DNA of 64,000 nt, taken from NCBI GenBank assembly GCA_964521285.1, contig CAZFQS010000014.1, positions 8,961 through 72,960 of the forward strand, in the 5' to 3' direction. Source of the DNA: an uncultured Bacteroidales bacterium. GTDB lineage: Bacteria > Bacteroidota > Bacteroidia > Bacteroidales > UBA10428. Of the stretch, positions 45,659-56,305 are shown piece after piece. Under the pieces are notes generated by a model. The model saw only the letters and a list, made by a program, of their open reading frames with translations. It did not search any database and was not told where the DNA came from. Both the position numbers and the translations under genes were made by a program. Numbering within the stretch: the stretch's first letter is position 1; each line of letters begins with the position of its first letter.

Positions 45659-46765
45659 ATGAAGTTTAAATTTTTAATATTCTCATTATATTTTTCTATT
45701 ATCCCGGCTGATTTTTTTGCAGGTGATCAAAATGGTATATTAAATAATATCTATATTGATTCAAAATTTCATTACGGATTTATAATTCCCCATCATGAAT
45801 CTATTGCCTATTTGCTGGAAAAACATATAAAAGGTTTAGAATTAAATATTAGCCGGAAGACATTTGGCGATCATATCTGGGAGCAGCTTTACAGATATCC
45901 CCGCACTGGCATAGGTTATTTTTATTGTGATTATGGCAATCCAAAAATGTTGGGTAAGGTACATGCATTATTTGGTTATATAAACATACCGATAATTAAA
46001 AATCATAATAACCACCAATTGTTGAATTACCAGATTTCATTCGGCATGTCTTATTTGACGAAAAGATTCGATATTTACGAGAATCATTTAAATACAGCAA
46101 TAGGATCAAATTTGAATATTTATTTCAGACTTGGATTTGATACTAAAATACCGGTATCAGAGAAGATCGAAATACTGGGAGAAATAGGCTTTACACATTG
46201 TTCCAACGGAAAGATAAAATCCCCTAATTATGGATTAAATGTACTTTCCGGTTCATTGGGATTAAATTATTTTATAAATAAAACAAATAAGGAAAGAATA
46301 AAATCAGAGTTACCTGAGAATTATAAAAGGAATTATTATAGTATTATTTACTCTGCCGGAGTAAAGGTATATGATAATCTTTATGACACAAAATATTTTA
46401 TTTCGTCTTTATCCTTTGATTATGAACGCTATTTGAACCTGAAGAGAAGAATTGGATTTGGAGCAGATCTATTTTATGATAAATCAATTAGTGAAGCGTT
46501 GGCAGTGGACTGGCAATTGGATAATGATATGGCAAATCTTATCAGATTTGGGCTACACGGCTCACATACATTAGTATATAATAAGATTTCAATGTCAGTG
46601 AATATAGGACGTTATTTATATTCAAAATATACTGATTTATCTCTTTTTTACAGCCGTCTTGCACTTAGATACAAACTTACGAGTCATATCTTATTAAATC
46701 TTTCCCTTAAGGCTCATAGCGCCAAAGCCGATTTTATAGAGTGGGGAATAGGATATTACTGGTAG
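45659..46765 (+). CDS. Outer-membrane acyloxyacyl hydrolase / lipid A deacylase (PagL-like)
   Basis: Signal peptide and beta-barrel pattern ending GIGYYW. THCSNGK matches the HxSNG catalytic His/Ser motif of PagL-type deacylases. Confidence 0.55.
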   Translation: MKFKFLIFSLYFSIIPADFFAGDQNGILNNIYIDSKFHYGFIIPHHESIAYLLEKHIKGLELNISRKTFGDHIWEQLYRYPRTGIGYFYCDYGNPKMLGKVHALFGYINIPIIKNHNNHQLLNYQISFGMSYLTKRFDIYENHLNTAIGSNLNIYFRLGFDTKIPVSEKIEILGEIGFTHCSNGKIKSPNYGLNVLSGSLGLNYFINKTNKERIKSELPENYKRNYYSIIYSAGVKVYDNLYDTKYFISSLSFDYERYLNLKRRIGFGADLFYDKSISEALAVDWQLDNDMANLIRFGLHGSHTLVYNKISMSVNIGRYLYSKYTDLSLFYSRLALRYKLTSHILLNLSLKAHSAKADFIEWGIGYYW

Positions 46766-46779
46766 CAACAATATCTTAT

Positions 46780-47514
46780 ATGAAAAAAATAACCCTGTTA
46801 ATAATTATTCTTTTTATTATTTATTCTTGTGAAAAAGAATCATCAAATTGCTTATATACTACTGGTAACATAGAGAAACAGGAAATATTGCTGGAAGATT
46901 TTAATTGTGTTTCGGTTAATGATATATTTAATGTAATATTGATCCAGGATACATTGCATAAGGTAGTTATAGAAGGTGGTGAAAATATCTTACGACATGT
47001 TGAAACGATTATAAAAAATGACACACTGATTGTGCAACATTCAATAAGATGTAACTGGTTTAGAGATTATGAAAAGATTAATTTATATATTTATTTCTGC
47101 CGGTTAAATCATATTGTCACTTATTCGCCGGCAAAGATTGTTTCTACAGATACAATTAGCTGCAATAGACTTGAATATTTTGCTCTTGGAGAAATAGGTG
47201 AAGCTGATATGATATTAAATTGCGATTATCTCAGGTTCGATGATTCTTATTCTACACTTGGCCAGTTTAAGTTTAAAGGTAAATCGGATAAAAGCAGGTT
47301 TTATGTTAATTATGGCTCTTCTTTATTTGCAGACAGTTTGATCTCAAAAGATGCAGATATATTTTTTAAAACCATTGGAGATATTCGTGTTCACGTCACA
47401 GATCATCTAAGAGTATGGATTTGGGGGCCAGGAAATGTTTATTATTCAGGAAATCCAGCCAAAGTAGAGATTATGGAGAAAAAATCTACAGGCAATCTGA
47501 TAAAAATCGATTAA
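46780..47514 (+). CDS. Lipoprotein, DUF2807 / head-GIN-domain-like
   Basis: ORF track opens at GTG 46741 and overlaps the upstream gene. ATG at 46780 gives the lipoprotein signal MKKITLLIIILFIIYSC. Repetitive beta-helix-like body. Confidence 0.5.
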   Translation: MKKITLLIIILFIIYSCEKESSNCLYTTGNIEKQEILLEDFNCVSVNDIFNVILIQDTLHKVVIEGGENILRHVETIIKNDTLIVQHSIRCNWFRDYEKINLYIYFCRLNHIVTYSPAKIVSTDTISCNRLEYFALGEIGEADMILNCDYLRFDDSYSTLGQFKFKGKSDKSRFYVNYGSSLFADSLISKDADIFFKTIGDIRVHVTDHLRVWIWGPGNVYYSGNPAKVEIMEKKSTGNLIKID

Positions 47515-48656
47515 GGTTTATTAATATCTTTATAATTTGCTATGCGAATATTTCGAAAGTAAAAATGTAAAATATCTTTATAGGTATAACCAACCCTGGC
47601 CATTTCAATAGCCCCTTCCTGGCAAAGACCAACACCATGTCCAAATCCTTTACCCGTTAAAGTAAGAGTATTCCCATCTGAAGTAATTGAAAAAAATGTT
47701 GATTTCAAATTCCAGTCATTTCTTATTCTGGTTAATAATACTTTTTGATTTTTAAAACGATAGTATCTTTTTCTTACCGATTGATTAAAATCATAATCAG
47801 TGGATTTAGAATTTTCTATATAAATCCCGCATTTCCTCAAATAGCTTTCCCAGTCTTTTACTGAGATTTTTTTAATCCAGACGGCGTTTTTGCTCTGCGT
47901 ACAAAAAGGATCTTTTATTTTAACCAGATAAGGAAGATCTTTTTGCCAGACATCAGATGCATTACTCGTTAGTCCGCCACAATTTGAATGATATGGTGTT
48001 GTTATAAGATTATTTTGTATGTCAATTAAAACCATCCCTTTGGTTTCTTCAACGGCCCGAATAGCAAGATTATTTCTGCTTTTACCTTTATATGCCTGGC
48101 AATGTATACCGTCGCAAAGACTGAACCCATTACCTGAATGTTTATACATATTTTTTATGGCATAGGTCCTTGTTAGTATCGCCTGCGATTTGTAGAACTC
48201 CAGTGGCGCATATGAACCCCCTTCAGTTTCAACAACTCCGCTAATATATTTTTCTATATTGATTTTATTTATAATTTGCAGATTTCCATTTTTTGAAATA
48301 ATTACCAGATCATCATCATATTCTCTTGTATCCATCAGGGGAAGAGTAGGTTTAAGTTGAAAAATGCCTGAATTGTCTGTCGCTGCGAACTCAAGTTTTT
48401 TAAAAACCCCTAATGATTTTTCGTTATTACTGATTGATATTACATTATTTTCTGCAGTGATGAAATATTTATCCGCAGGGTTCGGACTTTTAACAAGAAT
48501 TTCATCACCAAGAATATTGTATTTCCCTGAAAGGGTGGAAAATATTAAAGCCTTTATATTATTTTTATGAAAAACAGCAATGTTTAGTTTCTGTGTAAAA
48601 CCGGGTTTTACAGCACCTATAACAATCAGAAGAATAAAAAGCTTTTTTAATAACAC
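47511..48656 (-). CDS. SpoIID/LytB domain protein
   Basis: Motifs YHSNCGGLT and GFGHGVGLCQEGA are characteristic of the SpoIID/LytB amidase-enhancer domain. Confidence 0.85.
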   Translation of the reverse strand: MLLKKLFILLIVIGAVKPGFTQKLNIAVFHKNNIKALIFSTLSGKYNILGDEILVKSPNPADKYFITAENNVISISNNEKSLGVFKKLEFAATDNSGIFQLKPTLPLMDTREYDDDLVIISKNGNLQIINKINIEKYISGVVETEGGSYAPLEFYKSQAILTRTYAIKNMYKHSGNGFSLCDGIHCQAYKGKSRNNLAIRAVEETKGMVLIDIQNNLITTPYHSNCGGLTSNASDVWQKDLPYLVKIKDPFCTQSKNAVWIKKISVKDWESYLRKCGIYIENSKSTDYDFNQSVRKRYYRFKNQKVLLTRIRNDWNLKSTFFSITSDGNTLTLTGKGFGHGVGLCQEGAIEMARVGYTYKDILHFYFRNIRIANYKDINKP

Positions 48657-48673
48657 TGTTTTGATATATTGTA

Positions 48674-49810
48674 TTATTCCTGGCTGAGTGAATCCACTAT
48701 ACTTTTTGCAATTTGTTTTGATGCTTCAGGCTTACCTATAATACTTCTTAATTCTTTGTAGTTTTTTATTATCTCTTCTTTATAATTCCTGTTAAAGAGA
48801 ATTTTATCCAGCTCCTTTTTAATATTCTCAGCCAGTTTGAATTGTAATAATTCTTTTACCGCTTCCTTATTAAGAATAATATTAACTAATGAAAAAAAAT
48901 TAACATGTATAACCTTAATCAGCACCAATAATTGGCCAAAATAATAATTAAAGCTGCTTGTTTTATAAATTACAACCTGTGGAACATTAAATAATGCAGT
49001 CTCAAGTGTTGCAGTCCCTGAAGTAACAACAGCAGCTGATGACTGTGTTAAAAGCGGATAAGTCTGATTATGAACAATCTTTACATTTGTATTATGCAAA
49101 ATCCTGTTATAATATTTTTCTTCAATAGAAACTGCTCCTGCAACAACGAACTGATAATCGGGATAGTGCTTTGTTATTGCGATCATTTCAGGAAGACATC
49201 TGTCAATTTCCTGTTTACGGCTTCCGGCCAATAACGCAATAATGGGCTTATCTGAAAGTCTGTTTATGTTTCTGAAGTCCTTTGAAGACTTTGAAGATCT
49301 TTTAAAATTCTCTATTTGATCAACCAGCGGATTGCCAAAGAACTCAACATAAATATTTAATTGATTGTAGAATTTTACTTCAAATGGGAGGATAACATAT
49401 CTTTTGTCAACATATTTTCTTATTTTCTTTGCTCTTGACTTTCCCCATGCCCATAATTTAGGTAAAATATAGTAATAGACTCTTAAATTATGAGTTTTAG
49501 CATATTTTGCTATTCTGAGATTAAAACCTGCATAGTCAATTAATATTATGACATCCGGATTAAATTGAATAATATCTTTTTTACATAATATTATATTCCT
49601 GAAGATTTTACCAATATTGCTTATTACTTCCCATATGCCCATGTAAGACATTTCACTGTAATGTCTGACGAGTGATCCTCCGGCACTTTTCATCATATCA
49701 CCCCCAAAAAATCTAAAATCTGCTTTAGTGTCATATCCCATGACATGTTTCATCAGGTTTGCGCCATGCATATCACCAGATGCTTCACCTGCTATAATAT
49801 AATACTTCAT
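48674..49810 (-). CDS. lpxB: Lipid-A-disaccharide synthase
   Basis: N-terminal YIIAGEASGDMHGANLM and overall size of 378 aa. Confidence 0.9.
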   Translation of the reverse strand: MKYYIIAGEASGDMHGANLMKHVMGYDTKADFRFFGGDMMKSAGGSLVRHYSEMSYMGIWEVISNIGKIFRNIILCKKDIIQFNPDVIILIDYAGFNLRIAKYAKTHNLRVYYYILPKLWAWGKSRAKKIRKYVDKRYVILPFEVKFYNQLNIYVEFFGNPLVDQIENFKRSSKSSKDFRNINRLSDKPIIALLAGSRKQEIDRCLPEMIAITKHYPDYQFVVAGAVSIEEKYYNRILHNTNVKIVHNQTYPLLTQSSAAVVTSGTATLETALFNVPQVVIYKTSSFNYYFGQLLVLIKVIHVNFFSLVNIILNKEAVKELLQFKLAENIKKELDKILFNRNYKEEIIKNYKELRSIIGKPEASKQIAKSIVDSLSQE

Positions 49811-49818
49811 AAATACTT

Positions 49819-50115
49819 CTAATAAAAAATCAGCTTTAATGCAAATAATGTAATTGTAAGTCCAAGAGTAGAAATAAAAATCCCTTTTGCTGTTTTTTGC
49901 CAGTTTAGCAAATTAAATACAAAAAATAACAGGAGATTGGGCAAAACACAACGACTTATAAGGAGTGGAAGTAATCTGCCCAGATATATATTTTTATAAT
50001 AACTTATAAAATCCAGGTTTTTAAACTTTGTATAGTAAAATATCAGGTAAAATAATATGGGTACTATTAATCCAATTATGATACCAGAGGCCAGTGAATT
50101 TAATTTTTTATTCAT
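49819..50115 (-). CDS. Small hypothetical membrane protein
   Basis: 98 aa with about 3 TM helices. Packed between lpxB and surE with its stop abutting the surE start. Confidence 0.5.
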   Translation of the reverse strand: MNKKLNSLASGIIIGLIVPILFYLIFYYTKFKNLDFISYYKNIYLGRLLPLLISRCVLPNLLLFFVFNLLNWQKTAKGIFISTLGLTITLFALKLIFY

Positions 50116-50895
50116 TTATATGAAATTCCAGTTTTTTATTGTTCTTATTGTGTCATAGCTGGTAAGGTCTACTTGTGTTGGAACTATCGACACATAGTTA
50201 TTCTTTAATGCCCATTCATCAGTGTCTGATGCTTCGGGTTCAGAATTATGAAATTTGCCGGTAAGCCAAAAACATTTATTTCCCTGCGGATCAGTCCTTT
50301 TTTCAAATTCTTCCTGCCAGTAACCTTTCGTTTGTCTGCATACTTTTATACCCTTAATTTTTTGAAGAGGAATATCAGGCACATTAACATTCAGACAAAT
50401 TGATTTGGATAAACCATTTTCTATTAATTTCCGGATTATTTTTTTTGAATAAAACTCAGTTGCGGTCAAATCAGCATCAGGATTATGACTAGCCAGGGAA
50501 ATACCCACAGACGGAATTTCATTAATACAACCTTCCAAAGCTGCTGCCATTGTTCCTGAATAAAATATACTTGCTGCAGCATTTGACCCATGATTGATAC
50601 CAGCTAGCAGTAAATCAGGTTTTCCGGGAAGTATTTCATTAAAAGCTAACTTTACACAATCAACAGGGGTGCCGTTACAGCCATAAATTGTTATATTGTT
50701 GTCTCCCTTTATTTTTTTTACTCTCAACGGAACTTTAACAGTGATTGCATGAGACATGCCCGAATGAGCTTCTATTGGCGATACAACAAAAATCCTGCCC
50801 AGCGGCTTTACTACATTTACTAATGATTTTAATCCTTTTGCCTTAATTCCGTCATCATTAGTTATAAGTATTAATAGTTCTCTTTTCTTTGTCAC
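50116..50895 (-). CDS. surE: 5'/3'-nucleotidase SurE
   Basis: Motifs ILITNDDGI, GINHGSN and YSGTMAAA. Confidence 0.9.
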   Translation of the reverse strand: MTKKRELLILITNDDGIKAKGLKSLVNVVKPLGRIFVVSPIEAHSGMSHAITVKVPLRVKKIKGDNNITIYGCNGTPVDCVKLAFNEILPGKPDLLLAGINHGSNAAASIFYSGTMAAALEGCINEIPSVGISLASHNPDADLTATEFYSKKIIRKLIENGLSKSICLNVNVPDIPLQKIKGIKVCRQTKGYWQEEFEKRTDPQGNKCFWLTGKFHNSEPEASDTDEWALKNNYVSIVPTQVDLTSYDTIRTIKNWNFI

Positions 50896-50950
50896 GATAA
50901 TAACCGGGTTATAAGAAATACAAAGATATTTAATAAATAATTGAGCACAA

Positions 50951-50982
50951 CAGTCTTGTAAAATTAATACAAGACTGTTTTT
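50951..50982 (+). terminator. Intrinsic-terminator-like hairpin: 10-bp perfect stem, 7-nt loop, TTTTT
   Basis: CAGTCTTGTA (50951-60) pairs with TACAAGACTG (50968-77), followed by T78-T82. Lies in the divergent surE/pheT intergenic region. Confidence 0.4.
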
Positions 50983-51062
50983 AAAATATTGAGAATAATA
51001 TTAATAACCTGATAAAATTCATTAAAAGTATTATCACAGATATTATAGATAACAAATTTTTA

Positions 51063-51070
51063 TATTTTTG
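51063..51070 (+). promoter_or_regulatory. Candidate -7 element TATTTTTG (TAnnTTTG)
   Basis: Exact pattern match 76 nt upstream of the pheT ATG and downstream of the hairpin. Motif match only. Confidence 0.25.
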
Positions 51071-51145
51071 TTATATTATCGTCTATTTTAGAACATTTAG
51101 GATAAAACAAAGAGATAATCCGGATAAATACTCAATTAATCTAAA

Positions 51146-53602
51146 ATGAAGATATCATATAGCTGGCTGAAAGAATATCTGAAAATTAATTTAGATCCAA
51201 AAGATGTAGCACAAATCCTTACTGATATCGGACTTGAAGTTCAGGGAACTGAAATTTTTGAAAAAGTCAGGGGTGGAATGGAAGGTCTGGTTGTAGGTGA
51301 GGTAAAAACCTGCAAAAAGCATCCTGATGCGGATAAATTATATGTCACCACGGTTGATGTCGGAGAGAATATAATATTAAACATTGTTTGTGGTGCCCCA
51401 AATGTCAGGGCAGGGCAGAAGGTTGTTGTGGCAAAACCAGGAACTACGCTATATAAAGATGATGCCAGTTACTTAATTAAAAAGACAAAAATTAAAGGTT
51501 TTGATTCGGAAGGCATGATCTGTGCTGAAGATGAGATAGGCATAGGCACTAGTCATGAAGGTATAATGGTATTAAGTGATAAGGCCCCTGCAGGTATGCC
51601 ATTGAAAAAATATTTTAAAATAGAAAAAGATACTGTTTTTGAAATAGACCTTACTCCAAACAGAATTGACGGGGCATCACATTATGGAACAGCTCGTGAT
51701 CTGGCTGCATACCTCAGACAAAAGCAGGAAGTTAAGCTCCGGTTGCCTGATATTAGTGCATTTAAAACTGAAAACAATAATTATACTATAGACATTAATA
51801 TTGAGAACACTGATTCCTGCATCCGATATGCAGGGGTCACAGTAACAGGGGTTAATATTGCTCCCAGCCCTGACTGGCTTCAGACAAGGTTAGCTTCAAT
51901 CGGCCTGAAGCCAATAAATAATATTGTAGATATTACCAATTTTGTTCTTCATGAACTTGGCCAGCCACTCCACGCTTTTGATGCCGATAAGCTTGCTGAC
52001 GGAAAGATTATTGTAAAGAATCTCCCCGAAGGGACCGTTTTTACTACACTGGATGGAATTGATCATAAATTGTCTTCGGAAGATTTGATGATTTGTGATG
52101 GCAGGGAAGCTGTTGCATTAGCCGGTGTATTCGGTGGATTATATTCAGGAGTAACTGATGAAACAAAAAACATTTTTATAGAAAGTGCATATTTTAATCC
52201 TGTTTTTGTGCGAAGAACATCAAAGAGGCATGGGATTATTACTGATTCTTCTTTTCATTTTGAAAGAGGAGTTGATCCGGATATGATAATTATAGCATTA
52301 AAGCGTGCAGCCTTATTAATGAAAGAACTTGGCGGGGGAACAATTTCATCGGAAGTTATTGATGTCTATCCTGAACCGGTGAAACCTTTTAGGGTAGTAC
52401 TGACTTATAAAAATATTGACAGATTAGTAGGGAAACAAATTGAAAGAGATAAGATCAAAAATATACTTAATTCCCTGGAAATAGAAATTCTTAATGAGAA
52501 TAATGAGCAACTGGTGGTTAATGTCCCGCCATACAGGGTAGATGTGACAAGGGAAGCTGATGTTATTGAAGAAATCCTGAGAATATATGGATATAATAAT
52601 GTAGAGTTCTCCGGAAATCTGAATTCAAATATATCATACACACAAAAACCTGACAGAGACAGATTAGTTAATATAGTGTCTGATTATCTTAGCAGTAATG
52701 GATTTAATGAGATTATGTCAAATTCACTGACAAAATCAGTTTACTATGAACAACTTAGGTCTTACAAATCTGAAGCCCTTGTTAAGCTGTATAATCCGTT
52801 AAGCAGTGATTTGGACGTAATGCGGCAGACTTTACTTTTTGGGGGATTAGAAGCAATAGAGTATAATTCAAACCGCAGGATGACAAATCTGAAGTTTTAT
52901 GAATTAGGCAATTGCTATTTTTACAATAACAATAGTGCAGAAAGTAATCCTCTGAACAAATATTCAGAAGAACAACACTTTGCCATTTTCATTACAGGAA
53001 ACAAATACGAATCTAACTGGATAATGAAAGAGGAGAAAAGCTCATATTTTCAATTGAAATCGTATGTAGAGAATCTTTTTATTCGACTTGGATTTGAAAT
53101 TAATGATTTTAAAACCGGTAACATAAGGAAGAAATCCGATATTTATATTGATGGGCTTAGTTATAGTCATGATGATCAAATAATGGCTGAATTTGGAATA
53201 ATTCATAATTCAATAATAAAATCCTATGATATTAAAGAAAATGTGTTTTATTGTGATTTATACTGGGATAATGTTGTTAAAAAATTGAGAAAAAGTATAA
53301 TTGAATTTGAAGAGTTACCAAAGTACCCTGAAGTAAGAAGGGATTTATCAATGCTTTTAAATAACTCAGTAACTTTTGAACAAATTAAAGAACTGGCTTT
53401 TAAAACTGAACAATATTTTCTAAAGAAAATAAATCTTTTTGATGTTTATACAGGGGATAAGATAGAGAAAAGTAAGAAATCTTATGCGGTAAGTTTTATT
53501 TTACAGGATTTGAAAAAAACACTTACAGACAAGCAAATAGATAAAATCATGAATAAGATGGCAAGTGTTTTTAAAAAGGAACTTAATGCTGAGATTCGCT
53601 GA
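51146..53602 (+). CDS. pheT: Phenylalanine--tRNA ligase beta subunit
   Basis: N-terminal MKISYSWLKEYL, a tRNA-binding domain (KHPDADKLYVTTVDVG), B3/4 and B5 domains, and an FDX-ACB C-terminus. Confidence 0.95.
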   Translation: MKISYSWLKEYLKINLDPKDVAQILTDIGLEVQGTEIFEKVRGGMEGLVVGEVKTCKKHPDADKLYVTTVDVGENIILNIVCGAPNVRAGQKVVVAKPGTTLYKDDASYLIKKTKIKGFDSEGMICAEDEIGIGTSHEGIMVLSDKAPAGMPLKKYFKIEKDTVFEIDLTPNRIDGASHYGTARDLAAYLRQKQEVKLRLPDISAFKTENNNYTIDINIENTDSCIRYAGVTVTGVNIAPSPDWLQTRLASIGLKPINNIVDITNFVLHELGQPLHAFDADKLADGKIIVKNLPEGTVFTTLDGIDHKLSSEDLMICDGREAVALAGVFGGLYSGVTDETKNIFIESAYFNPVFVRRTSKRHGIITDSSFHFERGVDPDMIIIALKRAALLMKELGGGTISSEVIDVYPEPVKPFRVVLTYKNIDRLVGKQIERDKIKNILNSLEIEILNENNEQLVVNVPPYRVDVTREADVIEEILRIYGYNNVEFSGNLNSNISYTQKPDRDRLVNIVSDYLSSNGFNEIMSNSLTKSVYYEQLRSYKSEALVKLYNPLSSDLDVMRQTLLFGGLEAIEYNSNRRMTNLKFYELGNCYFYNNNSAESNPLNKYSEEQHFAIFITGNKYESNWIMKEEKSSYFQLKSYVENLFIRLGFEINDFKTGNIRKKSDIYIDGLSYSHDDQIMAEFGIIHNSIIKSYDIKENVFYCDLYWDNVVKKLRKSIIEFEELPKYPEVRRDLSMLLNNSVTFEQIKELAFKTEQYFLKKINLFDVYTGDKIEKSKKSYAVSFILQDLKKTLTDKQIDKIMNKMASVFKKELNAEIR

Positions 53603-53679
53603 TGGCTGATATGGTTAGAGGAAATTTAAATACTTGAGATATTTAGAAAATAGTTGTTATAATATCAGATATTAACTAA

Positions 53680-54189
53680 ATGGGAAAAATTAAACTTGTT
53701 AAAGGTGATATAACACAGCTTAAGGCTGATGCAATTGTCAATGCGGCCAATAATTCTCTATTAGGCGGAGGTGGCGTTGACGGGGCAATTCACTGTGCAG
53801 CGGGCCCCGGATTACTCAAGGAATGCCGCAAGCTAAATGGGTGTCTGACCGGTGAAGCTAAAATAACAAGCGGATATAATTTACCGGCAAAATTTATTAT
53901 CCACACAGTTGGTCCGGTTTGGAACGGGGGTAATTATAATGAAGAAGAGCTGCTGGCAAATTGTTATCGTAACAGTCTGTGGATTGCAGAGAATACAAAA
54001 TTAAAGACCATTGCATTTCCAAACATAAGTACAGGGGTGTATAGATTCCCTAAAAATCTTGCTGCCAGGATTGCTATTGCAAATGTTAGAGAATTTTTAA
54101 GGCACAGTAAGCAAATTAAAGAGGTAATTTTTGTATGCTTTGATGAAGAGAACTTTAATATATATAAGAAGATATTAGCCGAAGGATAG
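53680..54189 (+). CDS. Macro-domain protein (O-acetyl-ADP-ribose deacetylase, YmdB-like)
   Basis: [30 protein letters not shown] and ISTGVY motifs. Confidence 0.9.
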   Translation: MGKIKLVKGDITQLKADAIVNAANNSLLGGGGVDGAIHCAAGPGLLKECRKLNGCLTGEAKITSGYNLPAKFIIHTVGPVWNGGNYNEEELLANCYRNSLWIAENTKLKTIAFPNISTGVYRFPKNLAARIAIANVREFLRHSKQIKEVIFVCFDEENFNIYKKILAEG

Positions 54190-54236
54190 ATTATCAGCTA
54201 ACAGGGTATAGCTTACTAAATTAAATTATAACATAA

Positions 54237-55061
54237 GTGATAAAAGATATTATCAAATGTTTTATTACCATATTAATTGCAGTATTTTGTATAGCTACAA
54301 TAGTTGAAGGACAATGCTTTAATACTAATTTTGCTTTTCAGATTGGTGAAAAGATAACATATAATATTGTATATAACTGGCATTTTATATGGATAAATGC
54401 CGGGCAGGTAGAATTTGAGGTAAAATATGCAAAATTTATGGAGAGGGATGTATATCATTTTGATGCCTATGGCGCTACTTTTAAGGCATATGACTGGTTT
54501 TTCAAGATAAGAGACAGTTTTGATGCTTACCTTGATATGAAATCTCTTAAACCACTTTGGTTTGAAAGAAAGACATATGAAGGCGGATATGCAGTGCATA
54601 ATGAATATATCTTTGATCATAGAAACAATAGAATATTTTCATTCACAGAAAATTCTAATAAACCTTTTTGCAGGGATACTCTTACTTTACCTTCCTGTAC
54701 TTTTGATGTCATAAGCCTTTCATATTATGCCAGAAATCTCGACTTTAATGATCTTGAAGTGAATGATACCATCCCCGTATCTACTATTATTGATAACGAG
54801 TTATTTGATCTTTATATACGCTATCTGGGGAAAGAAGTAATAGAAACAAAAGATGGCAGCAGATATAACTGTATTAAATTTTCCGCCTTACTTGTTGAAG
54901 GCACAATATTTAAAGGAGGGGAAGATCTTTTTGTCTGGGTTACAGATGATAAAAACAGAATTCCGGTATTAGTAGAGGCGAAAATATTGGTGGGTTCTGT
55001 TAAAGCATTACTTATAAATGCCAGAGGATTAAGAAATAAAACGACAGCTAAATTAAATTAA
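54237..55061 (+). CDS. Hypothetical secreted protein, DUF3108-like
   Basis: GTG start and signal/anchor helix. The family call rests on a beta-rich body with a GEKITYNIVYNWHFIWINAGQVEFEV-type first strand and is tentative. Confidence 0.45.
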   Translation: MIKDIIKCFITILIAVFCIATIVEGQCFNTNFAFQIGEKITYNIVYNWHFIWINAGQVEFEVKYAKFMERDVYHFDAYGATFKAYDWFFKIRDSFDAYLDMKSLKPLWFERKTYEGGYAVHNEYIFDHRNNRIFSFTENSNKPFCRDTLTLPSCTFDVISLSYYARNLDFNDLEVNDTIPVSTIIDNELFDLYIRYLGKEVIETKDGSRYNCIKFSALLVEGTIFKGGEDLFVWVTDDKNRIPVLVEAKILVGSVKALLINARGLRNKTTAKLN

Positions 55062-55127
55062 CTTTTATTTTAAATACGATATATCTAATTCTAAAAGCTC
55101 AGTATAATTTTAATAAAAACCTGTAAT

Positions 55128-56270
55128 ATGAAATTCGAATACGGATTGTTTTTTATATTAATTGCCTCTAATTGTATTGGATTGTCAGCTCAAGATGACG
55201 ATAATATTATTTATATTTTCAAGAAACATAACCAGCCTGTATATACAGTAGCATTTAGCGATGATGAGACTCTTCTGGCAAGCGGGGGAGAAGATAAATC
55301 AATTTATATATGGGATATAAATTCCGGTGAATTGAAATATACTCTCGCTAATAATTATTTTCCTATCAGAGATTTGAAATTTGCAGATATGGATGAAATC
55401 CTGGCAGCATGTGGCCCCGATATTAAGCTAATGGATCTTGATGGAAACCTGCTAAGAACTTTTAGCGGTAATACTACACATATCTGGTCTTTTGATTTTA
55501 ATGCCGAAACCAATAAGATAGTCAGTGGTTCCTATGCCACGAATATAAGAGTATGGAATTATGCAACAGGAGAAACATTCCTTATACTGGAAGGCCATGA
55601 AAAAAGTACTCTTCCTGTCGCTATAAGCTTTGATGGAAAGTATATAATCAGCGGATCTCTTGATCGATCAGTCAGAATATGGAATGCAGCTACAGGAAAT
55701 GAACTTAAAAATCTCGACAGGCATACAGATAATATTTATTCCGTTAAATTCCATCCCGGAGGAAAATATTTTGCAAGTGCATCCGGGGATAAAACCATAA
55801 GGTTGTGGGATTTTGTAACCGGAGAAGTGATAAAAACCTATATCGGACATGAAAAGGAAGTCATGGATATAGATTTTAGTCCGGATGGAAACCACTTAAT
55901 TAGTTGCTCACTGGATAATACTATTATCCTCTGGGAAACTGTCTCAGGGGAAAATATACACTCTTTTGTTGAGCATAAAGGATTCGTCAATGCAGTTAAA
56001 TTTAGTCCGGGTGGCAAATACTTTGCAAGTGCTTCGAGCGATAAAACTGTAATATTGTGGAAACTAAACAAGAAAATATTTACCGACTATTATTTTTCAG
56101 AGGAGATAGAAAAGGAGATTGAGGGAAGGCGATTATTCTCACCCAGAAAAAAGTCAGAAACCCAGGCAGAATATAAAACCAGGCAGGAAAAGGACAGGGC
56201 AGCATTAGAAGAGTTGATAGACAAATATTATCAAAAATATCTTTATATATTAAACAATCAGAAATTCTAA
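55128..56270 (+). CDS. Secreted WD40-repeat beta-propeller protein
   Basis: Signal peptide followed by about 7 WD repeats (e.g. SGGEDKSIYIWD, SGSLDRSVRIWN, SASGDKTIRLWD, SASSDKTVILWK). Charged helical tail. Confidence 0.8.
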   Translation: MKFEYGLFFILIASNCIGLSAQDDDNIIYIFKKHNQPVYTVAFSDDETLLASGGEDKSIYIWDINSGELKYTLANNYFPIRDLKFADMDEILAACGPDIKLMDLDGNLLRTFSGNTTHIWSFDFNAETNKIVSGSYATNIRVWNYATGETFLILEGHEKSTLPVAISFDGKYIISGSLDRSVRIWNAATGNELKNLDRHTDNIYSVKFHPGGKYFASASGDKTIRLWDFVTGEVIKTYIGHEKEVMDIDFSPDGNHLISCSLDNTIILWETVSGENIHSFVEHKGFVNAVKFSPGGKYFASASSDKTVILWKLNKKIFTDYYFSEEIEKEIEGRRLFSPRKKSETQAEYKTRQEKDRAALEELIDKYYQKYLYILNNQKF

Positions 56271-56305
56271 AATATTATTCAGTTATATTAATACATTATA
56301 TTGTC

